From positions 62,001-126,000 of the forward strand of contig NW_026862878.1 of NCBI RefSeq assembly GCF_026571515.1: a stretch of 64,000 nt of DNA, in the 5' to 3' direction. Each line of letters starts with the position of its first letter. Within the stretch, counting starts at the first letter, position 1. The DNA is from Ruditapes philippinarum (lineage: Eukaryota). Below are positions 13,605 to 24,600 of the stretch, piece after piece. A program made the position numbers and the translations under genes. Under the pieces are notes generated by a model that did not search any database, was not told the origin of the DNA, and was given only the letters and a program-made list of their open reading frames with translations.

Positions 13605-13810
13605 GTCGACAGTACGACAGTGACAATACGACAGCACGATTTTGACAGTACGATGGTGACAATACGACAGTACGATGGTGACGAGTACGACAGTACGATA
13701 GTGATAATACGACAGTACGACGGACTGTCACTATCGTGCTGTCATGCATCTCCATTGTACTGTCGTATTGTCATCACTGTACTGTCGCACTGTCACCATC
13801 GTACTGTCAT
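13605..13810. repeat. Foldback of 22-bp subrepeats (GACAGTACGATGGTGACAATAC) in inverted orientation
   Basis: About 5 forward units (13605-13722) followed directly by about 4 reverse-complement units (13723-13810). Confidence 0.8.
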
Positions 13811-16808
13811 GTTTCGCGCGTTTCGTATAGCGAGAAAACGCGCTACCATATCAAGGTACTATTTAAAACGTCCTGGTTGAATGTTAATGTAAACAAAAAT
13901 AAAATGAAAAAAAAAAACAACACTAAAAACCGGTGCACCTGTTTGACACTTACCAACAGGAAGTGTACAGTACCAATAGTGTAAATATTACGCAATATAA
14001 TTATGAGCAATAAAATCTTATTTTCAAGAAATCCAGTTTTTTTTTAATTACTGATAAAAGTCGTCAAATGATGCTTTTAAATGATGGTTTTTGTATGCGC
14101 TTTTGGATCATCGAATTACTTAGTTCGACATGTTATATAGCTTGACATAACTTGAAGTCATGTATATATTTCAGGAACTTTCACACACCAAGTCTGTAAA
14201 TTGATTATCAAGAAAAGATGATGGTAAATAAAAGTATGATAGAACGAATCGCGTACTAAAATGGAAAACATGAAAAATAGAATACCAAACAAGTGTCTGA
14301 TATTATAAAATTGGCTCGGCTCTCAGCTTAGCCTTATAATATTTCTAATAGCAGACACTGGCATGCTCCCTTCGCAGCTCAGTTAATACACTCGCGTTAC
14401 TTCACGCTACTTTTTTTGAAGAAAGTGAGCGATAGTGATGCGCAGTAGAGTAACCATTCTCTATTTAGCAGACATATGTGACAGTTCACTTTATTAACAG
14501 TAAATTAACTGATGTGATCATTAAATTTTAAAGTAGATGTGAAGTTAATACCTAGGTCTTTTTCCTTGTCAATGACTTAAATGTCAAAATAAAGTTTGCC
14601 AGTGTAACGTTATTATTCATTTTGTAGATTTTATCAAAATTTCAGTTCCTGATACGAATTACTTTTCCATTTTTAGGGATGAAACATGAGTAATCAGTCG
14701 TTACTCCATTTATTTAGTTGTAGAAATGTGTCATCGTCATGTCAAATAAGGTATGAAATCATTAGGCTACATTTGCTCACAATTTAACATTATGACTATT
14801 CTCAGCCACCATACTATTTATGTTGTAGCAATTATGTCCCCTGATCATTACGAAGCCTGACGTAATATTGACATATTTACGAAAACGAAAGTAGAATTGT
14901 TGGAAAGCGTACAGAATTTTCTAAAAATCCCGTGACACGTTCATATCAGTATATATTCTATGTTATCATTACTTAGAAGTTTCTGTGTGGCTTAGTTAGG
15001 TAAGTGTTTAAATTATTATGTCTTTTTTCATGAAATAATGACATATTTACAATGTCGACTTTACTGCACAGTTTGCATATTGATTTATGGATATGCATGT
15101 AGTGCATCATGCATGTAGTGCATGCGTGTATTAAACAGTTTTATTTTGATACACAATTTTATGCTAACTTTATATTTTATAAAACATTGCATCACACAAG
15201 TTCTAGCAAGCTATTTATACTCATATCTATTTTCTCGTTAAATTATATACTTTTTTGACTTCTACCTACGCAATCAGGTACAGTAATTATTAATCATCTT
15301 GGTTTTAAATCGTAATATTTTCTTTTGATATCGTCAAAATATAAATTTTACTCTCTTGTGAATACAGCACTGTGTATAATTTAATATGAACGTAGTATAA
15401 AATTGTTACAGTTATTTGAATAATTTAAATTAAGTAGATCTGTGTAGGGGATACGATATTTTTAAAGTGTCGTATTATTGTAGTTGTGGATCATATTTAT
15501 CAGATTATTGGACTGGAGGGAGTTGGGTATGGGTAGTGATTGAATAACTGTATCAAATTACACCATGCTTTATGTAAATTATTCAATGTAGTCATCTACA
15601 AAAGTCTAGTTATAACATTATATACATATTTTAGATTATTTAATATCGTTGGCAAATATTATTTGGTGTTACACCATTTCCATATAGACCATAGGTGTTC
15701 GGCGCGTTGATTGTCACTACCCCCGGACCCCCGTCCCTCACCCACTCTACAACACTCGTACCTCTCAAAACCATGTAAACTGCAGTTTTCTTATTGATAT
15801 GATGATATAGACAGCCAATTTCTACAATAACTTTACTTACAACATATATAAATCATTATCGTAAATTTAAGATTATATTTGATAGCTTTTCTTACAACTG
15901 AAAACATATGTGTTGGCATCAAAAAAAATTGTTTGCAATGGAAACTCAAATAAAATTGTATAATACAAATAGATACTCATATGAATTATTTTAGTGACTG
16001 TCTAAGGATACAGTTACGGCCGTATTTCAATCGATATTTTTTATATCATCTATTTATAAAAGGGAGAGACGCGCAATGATGTATATAATATCATAAATGT
16101 TATCTCCAAATTTATCACATATGCTGACGTGTTCATATAACAAGTTAAAAGATAAATCATGTATATAATTTGTTTTACAATAACATAACCGATATCATAT
16201 TGGAATGTAAACTTTGCAAGAGGTAAATCTACATGTTTTCTTTCGTTTTGTTTTTACAGATATGATCGGTTAACCTACACCTAGGAGCGAAATTTGTCTT
16301 CTTTTTATGCGTAAAATATCAAGTTCAAATAAGTACACCGAGATTAACGCTGTATTTCATGCATGATCCAAAGTGTCACGCGCATACGGAAGCCTGTGTT
16401 GGGCATCATATCTTTATACCGATGCACCATACTGGCTTTCGTACGTGCAATATTGAGTTATTCTTATATCTTCTCACCTTGTCTTCTTTTAATAACTAAA
16501 AACTATGGCGTTCTTCTACAGAGTACTATAAATCCTTTATCTATTAAAAGAGACACTGAGGTTATATGTTGGAGAGTGCCGTAATGTCTGTTAGACAGAG
16601 CACTCCGCAAAATTTCCTGTTGCAATTTCATCCAAACTTGACAGGGTGCTTGACAAGTCCATTAAATGATTAAGTTAGGTGTAAAGTTAAGTGGTTTAAG
16701 CCGTATGATGGTGCAGATTGTAGTAAAGTACATAAATCTTGTAGTAGCACCTCTGTACATAGCATATTCTGTTTGTATAACAGAAAGAAACGTGCGTGTT
16801 CCTTAAAA

Positions 16809-17036
16809 ATTGGCTGATTTAGGGAATTGTCACGTGCATTGTGACGTAATTTGCGCTTAAGAAAGTTTTGTGTCTATCACATAAAGTTTCATTTGCGCGA
16901 TGTCACCATTTTTTTGTTTCCCCAAGAAAATAGTTCAGATGACTTAACTTTTATCAGGCGATGCTTACCTCATTCGAAAGTACGTTTAATATAATTTACT
17001 GTAGATTTAGGATTTATTTAACACAATTTAGTAAGT
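16809..17036 (+). promoter_or_regulatory. Candidate promoter and non-coding first exon of helicase-RBR paralog B
   Basis: ATTGG 16809, GGGAATTGTC 16822, CACGTG 16831, TGACGTAA 16842 and an ISRE-like AGTTTCATTT near 16885, followed by a consensus donor GTAAGT at 17031. Confidence 0.35.
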
Positions 17037-17380
17037 AAAGCTTTTGTTGAGTAGACTTAACGGTTTTATTGGATTCAGTTTTATCTCATCATTGTTGCCA
17101 GCTTAATTTCATGTATTTCTTTTTTTCCTTGACAGAATTGAGGACGAACATGTATTGTCAATGGGAAAGGATGAATGGTTAAACGCTCCTAATTTTCCTT
17201 TCATAATTTTAATAATAAGTAGGTATTTATAGAATTTTTTGAGAGTTAAAGGAAATTTTTTAAATTCAAAAAATATACCCTTTTAAAAATTTAAAAAATA
17301 GAAAAAATTTTTGTTTTTTTTTCTTTTTTCATGGGCAACACTGAGTATGTATAGGTCATATTGCGACTGTTCAGCTTTAT

Positions 17381-18381
17381 TACTGTTGTACAGCGTTCAC
17401 CGGAAATTTCCTCCAAAACATCGAAAACGAAAGTAAAAAGCACAGGAACTTGAAATTTAATCAATAGATCACAAAATATGCGTGTATTAGTGATATAGCC
17501 CTTATCTCTATATAAAAAACACCAGGAATGCAACGAACAAAAAAACGAATATGCCAACCCAACCTGAATTTAGCACTTTAACAAAGAAAAATCTTAATGT
17601 CATTCCGATTAATAATAGAGATAAGGGCTATATCACTAATACACGCATATTTTGTGATCTATTGATTAAATTTCAAGTTCCTGTGGTAAAAAGTGTACGT
17701 CGAGTTCACCCGAGGTAATGTTTCAACTTATTTCTCCATCATAACTTAATCGATTTTTACAAACTAAACAAATTTGTGAAGCTGAATATATCTGGTTTTA
17801 AGGAAGTATTTGCTTTTTCGGCAAAATGAATACTTTTTGTTAATTTGGCGATAAATTGTAGTGTTTTTGTTGACATTTGCCATGATTTGCGAACGATGTT
17901 GATATTTACCACTAAATCAAGTCCAAAACGCATTTTCTGTATCAAAATCCGTCTTTAGTACAAAATATAGACAGTCTTGCCTTGTGTACAGAGTCTAGCA
18001 GCTCTAGTTGATGGGTGACCACTGAAATATAAGTGGAGGGAAGTCTATAGTTTTTATCAAAGGCGAATTAGTTTTGATACAGAAAATGCTTTTTGGGCTT
18101 GATTTACTGGTAAAAGTCAACACCGTTGGCAAATGTCAACAAATACGCTACAATTTATCGCAAACTTAACAAAAAGTACATTTTGTATTCAATTTGCAGA
18201 ATAAAAAGAAAAGAATTCTGTAAAACCAGTTATATTCAGCTTCACAAAATTGTTTGTAAAAATCGATTAGTGATGGAGAATTAAGTTGAAACATTACCTC
18301 GGGTGAGCTCCACGTACACCTTTTTACTTTCGTTATCGATTATTTTGAGGGGCTGCTTCCGGTGAACACTGTACAACAGTG
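17381..18381. mobile_element. Foldback DNA transposon with about 330-bp imperfect inverted arms, (C)ACTG..CAGTG termini and 5-bp TSD TTTAT
   Basis: TACTGTTGTACAGCGTTCACCGG at 17381 pairs with CCGGTGAACACTGTACAACAGTG ending 18381. The arms pair inward to about 17970/18045. TTTAT flanks both sides (17376-80, 18382-86). Confidence 0.8.
17441..17685. mobile_element. 245-bp MITE with perfect 71-bp TIRs and 8-bp TSD GTAAAAAG (P- or hAT-type), nested in the foldback element
   Basis: 17441-17511 is the exact reverse complement of 17615-17685; GTAAAAAG at 17433-40 and 17686-93. Confidence 0.95.
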
Positions 18382-18779
18382 TTTATTGGTGGATAAAGAC
18401 CTCATGTTACCCTTTGAGTAGCACAACTGACAATCTGCTAGCTCGACTGGAAAGCCAGTAACAATAAAAATCAGATTATTGAAATGTATGGGTATCGTAT
18501 GTCTGGCTGTCCGGACTACTCACTACTGGTGCAATTTCATCCAAACTTTAAAGAAATTATCAATACAAAGTCTAGTTGTGTATTTCGTTGGCATTTTCCA
18601 GTTCATTGATTTTTGACACAGTTACGGCCCTTAAATGATTTTTATTTTTAAAGTTTGTCCGGACTACTCCTCTTATATCAATTGAAACTTTACTGGATTG
18701 ATTGGTAGCTCGAAAACTTACACGGGTTGTCCGCTTGATTAATTTTTGGCTGAGTTATAGCCCTTAAACAAAAAGGTTT

Positions 18780-20534
18780 TTTGAGCTCATCTGATGACAA
18801 TGTCCTAAAGGTGAGCTTGTGGCTAGAGGGACAATAGGTAACTGTTCTTTCGCTTTGATGTTACAGTCAATGCGAAAGTCAAAAAAAATTGCCAGCCACA
18901 AGGACTGGGATCCTTAGACTTATTTCCGGCCCTGATGATTTTTCCCGGCCCGGACTCTGAAAGGTACAAAGGTTGGAGAAAAAATATTTTTTGGTAAGGA
19001 AATTATCCAAGACAAGATGGTGGCTTACATTACTTAGCAAAAATTGGTTGTATCTTTTGGTGATTTTGGTTATCTGGGTCTGTGAATACAAGCAAAAATG
19101 GAAAAAAGGTCATCTTGGAAGTTTTACATATTTTAGGCCAAAAATTGTTTCAAACTAGCTGAAGTTTTGTTCGGACATGAGGACTGACTGTATCAAAATT
19201 TATCTCGGTCCTCCTTATTTTTATTTGGCGAGGTCCGAGGACTGACAGACTTTCGTACAGACTGATGTTATTCATTCCGTAATGATTTAATGTGGCTATT
19301 TTCTTTTGCGTGGCTAAAAAGAACAATAGAGAGAACAATATAGTAGCCACATTATTACTGTCCCGTTAGAAAGTCCGTCTGGCGTGCGTCAACAATTTAT
19401 TTAAACAACTTCTGCTCTTAAACCGCATGGCCAAATTTGTTGAAACTTTGCAGGGATGGTTTTTGTTTGAAGATCTACCAAATTTGGGTAAAGAATTAAA
19501 TACCATAAAGAACTCTGGTTGCCATGGCAATCAAAAGATTTTGTTTATAAAAAATCTTCTAGTAAAAAAAAAGTGCTAGAGCTTAGATATTTGGCATAAA
19601 ACATCTTGACCCAAGGGTCAAAATTGGCCTCGGCCCAGGGGTCATTGATTTTCCTTATATATACATGTATGTAGTAAAAACTTAAAAAATCTTCTTGCAA
19701 CAATAAAAAAGAGCTAGATCATAGATATTTGGCAACAAACATCTTCTAGTAAATGTCTACCATGTCTGTTCAAATAAAAGCCCTAGGGTCAAATTTGGCC
19801 CCGCCCCAAGGGTCATTGATTTTCCTTATATATATATAGTAAAAACATAAAAATTCTGTGACAATCCCAAACAGGTAGAGTTTAGGTATTTGGCATGAAA
19901 CATGTTCTAGTGTATGTGTACCATGTTTGTTAAACATAAAACCCCTAGGGTCAAAATTGGCCCGCCCCAGGTGGGGGTGGGGTCATAGATTTTACTTATA
20001 TGTATACATAAAAACCTTAAAAAACTTCTTGTGATTATAGATAAGATATTTGGCATGAATCATCTTCTAGTAAATGTCTACCAAGTTTGTTCAAATAAAT
20101 GCCCTAGGGTCAAAATTGGCCCCGCCCCAGAGGGTCATTGATTTTCCTAATATGTATATAGTATTAACTAAAAGATAATCTGCTTGTGAAAATCCAAAAG
20201 AGCTAAAGCTTAGATATTTGACCTGAAGCATCTTCTAGTGGTTGTCTACCAAATTTGTTCAAATAAAAGCCCTAGGGTCGAATTGGCCCAGGGGTCATTG
20301 ATTTTCCTTATATGTATGTAGTAAAAACCTAAAAAAAGTTCTTCTGAAAATCCAAAAGAGGTAGAGCATGACAAATCTAAACAACATTTAAAACACTGGT
20401 TCAATTTTGAAATAATTTTACACTAAAATTGCCTTGGTGAAAGTGTTTTCAAATTGTTATTCTGGGGTGGAAAGGAGCTCCATTTTGACCTTTTGACCTA
20501 TTTCTCAGGTGAGCGATCCAGAGCCCTCTAGGCC
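18780..20534 (+). mobile_element. Helentron-associated interspersed element (HINE) with about 160-170-bp internal tandem repeats
   Basis: 5' GAGCTCATCTGA..GGTGAGCT hairpin; GTCCGTC micro-repeat at 19373; repeats GGGTCAAAATTGGCCCCGCCCC at about 19615, 19786, 19948, 20107 and 20275; 3' subTIR CAGGTGAGCGA at about 20506. Confidence 0.75.
18828..19364. mobile_element. Putative TIR element nested in the HINE (GGGACA..TGTCCC, 6-bp TSD GCTAGA/GTTAGA)
   Basis: Interrupts the HINE between its 5' hairpin and its microsatellite; short terminal inverted repeat and a near-identical 6-bp flanking duplication. Confidence 0.5.
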
Positions 20535-21640
20535 AGATAAACAGGGACTTGTTCAGTTTACTCCTCAGAAACTACTGGTGCAATTTCATCCAAACTTTAC
20601 AGGAATGATCAGTACTAAATGTAGTTGTGCATATTATTTTTTTAAGTATTTTAAGGTTCAATGATTTTATATAGTTATGACCTTTTAATGTCTTTTATCT
20701 TTTTAAGTTTTGTTCGGACTACTTGTCTTATACTACTTATGCATTTTATATGAAACTTTACAGGATTGATAGGTTCCTCAAGTACTTGCATATATTAAAC
20801 GGTTTTCCAGTTGTATAACTTTTGGCTGGGTTATAGCCCTTGTATAAAAATGCGTTTTGCCTTGTTAATGATTTTTGTGTCTTCTGCTACATAGTAGTTG
20901 CAACATGCAAATGGCTATCATGAGGCGCCACATGTGATCACTGATGGCTCTTGTTACATATTCACAGTCATGATTATAATACAAGCTATTATTGTGAACT
21001 TTATCAAGCATAAAAAGATGTGCTTATCAAATTGATGTATATATTTCAATGCTATTTATAATATTATAACGTTAAATGCAATAAGAGGTAGTTAGTTATA
21101 TATTCTCAGTCATGTTATACTAATCTGAAAAGCCTGAACTAGAAGATTTTTATTTCTTCCCAGGCTTGAGTGATTAATCACAAATCTTGACAAATCAACT
21201 ATTTAAATTGTGTCTCCGCTGTAATGTTTTTTTAAAGCGAGTATGAATGGGAATAATAAGCACTTCTTTCGGCGGAATAGTAATTCACTTTACTGTATTT
21301 GGTTTATTCATTTTCGAAGCCTCTTTCCGTCTGGTCTTCCTTTTTTTAAAAAAAAAAAAATATTGATATACCATCGGCACGTATTCTCACATTCTAGAGC
21401 TTTACCGTTTTATTCAATAATTATGTAGCAAAATTCCAACCATTTTAAAATGTTTGACTGGTGTTTTAAATTTACAAAATTCATGTTATTAAAATTTCAA
21501 ATTGTTGTCATTTTCAATGTTTTATTCTTAATATATCAATAAGATGATGAAATATTTATTGTAACCATTCCCTTTTGCAATTCATTTCAGAAATACAGAC
21601 CTTTTAAAATCCAAAGGTGACCATTAGAAAAGGTGGAGTG

Positions 21641-24600
21641 ATGAACGAAGAGCCACACAATGACGGTTTGGCCGGTAGTAAAAGAGAAGAACCTGGCTCT
21701 AAGAAAGTTTCGAAAGATGATAGTAAAACTGATCAAAATGCTGATAAAACGGACACACGAAAGAAGTGGTATGCACATGGCAGAAGAAGACACACGTCTG
21801 AAACTGGATATGTTGGATATAAACAAGGTGAAAATGTGGAAAATGATCTAGGTGCAAGACCAAAGGAGTTTAGACGTCAAACATTTTTTAACAGAAAGTA
21901 TGAAAGGAGAGGATCACTGGGTAGTAAATTTCAAAGCGACATAACTAACGAGGGAGGAAGATGTTATCTAAATAAAAGCGGTAAGATTGACAGAGCAGAA
22001 AGGAAAGAACCTAAAGATTTTAAAACTACAAAAACATATTGTAGGAAAGAAGCACAAGGCGAAAATATTGAAAGACATGTTGACAAACCACAAAGTAACA
22101 TTGAGGGGAAACCACCTAAATATGTCAAGCCAGGTTTCAATAAAAATAGAAACAAAACACCAACACCAAAGTCATTCAAAGGAAGTAACATATCTTTAAA
22201 TACTGTTCTTCAAGAACATGGTGATGTAAATAGCACAAACAAAGCAACTGGAGGTCAGTCAATGAAGACAGAAGAAAATGTAATGCACAAGAAAAGAAAG
22301 AGCAAAGAGAATGTGAATAAAGTCACTGAACTTAAAAACCATGCAAAGAAGACGTGTCTTTATGTTGTCATTGGTGAAAGAATAATTAATCAAAGTAGCT
22401 TAAAAAACTTTCTACTTCATAGAATGGGGAATCCAAAAGCTCTTGAATTTGAGATTGCTGATTCCTATAATATTAACAAAGGGGGTTCTGATCGTAGTAT
22501 ATTATCTTTGAAGTTTGACAGTTACAAGAAAGCATCAGCAGCTAGACATTTGCTAAACAGAAATAATAGGACTGCTGTCGATAAAATAAGGTGTTCCTTC
22601 GATAGAGCAGAAGCAGAGGGTGTCGAAATTAATAGTGCTCAACAGAATGAGTGCAAGAAAGAAATTGCATTAAAAGAAATAGTGGCAACAGCTAGGTTTG
22701 AGATTGAAAAACACGATGAAAAAATCAATGATATCCGTGTGAAACTTGAAGCTGTTGCTGGGCACCTAGCTAATAAGCGCGGAGTCTCCCTTTTTGAATA
22801 CGACAAACTATCGAATGAAAAGCTTGCATATGAAGATAAACTGGATGAGCTAGAGAGGCAAAGAAAAGAGTTTACAAGATACTTGCAGAGCATGTCGGTG
22901 AAGTTGGAGGCTATTATTAATAATAAATGTGACAAATTTGAACACGAGCTGAAAGAAGTCAGGAAGGCATTTGGTGTGGAATGTCATAGGTTGCAATCTG
23001 CTTTACCGATGTACGCCAGGAGAGAAGAAATCCTATCAATCATTAAAGAGAACCAAGTTTGTGTGATACTCGGTGAAACAGGATCTGGCAAGTCAACGCA
23101 AATGGTTCAGTACATCTATCAAGCCGGTTTTGCAGGTATAATAGTTCAATTGTAAAATTGACTAATACGATCATATATCTTATAAGATAAACAGACATGT
23201 CATTTCTTATGTACATGTACTTTATAAATTTATATACCCAAATATTTTTAATATATGATATGGTTTTCATTTACTTCAAGACCACTTATAGTTGTATGCA
23301 AACAAACAACACACTAATGAATGGCGAGTCTAGATACTGTGTTCTTTCCTTGTCATGATGTCACTGCCCTTGCCGTCTGCAAACTTTAACGTTAATCATA
23401 ATTTTGGTATTTTTAACGGACTGCTTTCATGCTTGGACGTAACAACCTACACTAGATATTGTCCCAAAGTAATAGAAGGCGTGTGCCCTAAGTGAGAAAA
23501 CAATGGACAGAACTAGACAAAAATGAATTTTGAAAGGGGACTATATCCAAAGGGTGATTTATCACAATTTAGCACAGATTGACATAACTTTGTTAATTTA
23601 TTTACGAATTTGATTTTTACTTTGAAAACAGATCTTTTATGACAAAACTTGTAGGTTGAATAATGAAAATATAACATTGATTTTTATTCTATCTGTCAAG
23701 TTCTTTAAATTTGCTTTAATTTTTAATTTACAGGTAAGATTTATAATTCGACAAAAGAACACAAGACATAAAAATGTCATGTTGATTTATTATGTTATGA
23801 CATCGACCTTTAATTTGCCTTGACTGTTAAAGACTTTTTATTGAAGTTTACCTTCATCGTTTTAACTGTTATTTATTCTTTGATTAAAGAAAAACTTATA
23901 TCAAAACTGACATTATGATTTATTCAAATGTGACTTAAATGACCTTGACCGTGAAGGTCATATTATTGCATTTAGTTTAAAATGTTATTAACTTGTTAAA
24001 AATTAATTCATGATATATTATAATGGAGAAATTGATACTGGAAAATAGTCTTAACACTACGACAACACCTACATAATGAATTATTTAAGTATGGCCTTGA
24101 TCTGCAAATGTCAAATGTGGAAATTTAGTTGTATTTGTACAAGAAAATAATGTTTTCTAGGTGTATTATCTACCACAATATTCTTCCTCCTCCGATGACT
24201 TTGACTAAAGAAATAAGAAGAAGTTTAGCGCGGCTTATTATTGTAGGTTTGAAAATTTGTATCTATGTTCGCCGCCGTTAAGTTTAAATCCAGTACTTGA
24301 ACATTAGGTTTGATCTGTATTCATTTTCTTATGTTGCAGGTGACGGGCTAATTGCATGTACTCAGCCCCGAAAGATAGCAGCCGTAAGCCTTGCGTCACA
24401 TGTATCTTCAGAACTCGCTTCAAGTGTTGGTCAAGTCATAGGGTATAAAGTAGGAATGCAGTCGAAAATGACTGCATTAACAAAAGTAATGTTTATGACT
24501 GATCATATATTATTGAACGAATGTTTACAGGATACCATGTTGACAAAGTATTCATGTATCATCATTGACGAAGCTCATGAACGAAGTATACATACTGATT

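Larger units (their letters stand above)
18490..20956 (+). mobile_element. Old HINE-type element (outer layer), interrupted by younger insertions
   Basis: The same repeat unit (ACTACTGGTGCAATTTCATCCAAACTTTA..) occurs at about 18520 and 20570, either side of the insert; the 3' end reads ..CACTGATGGCTCTTGTT. Confidence 0.6.
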
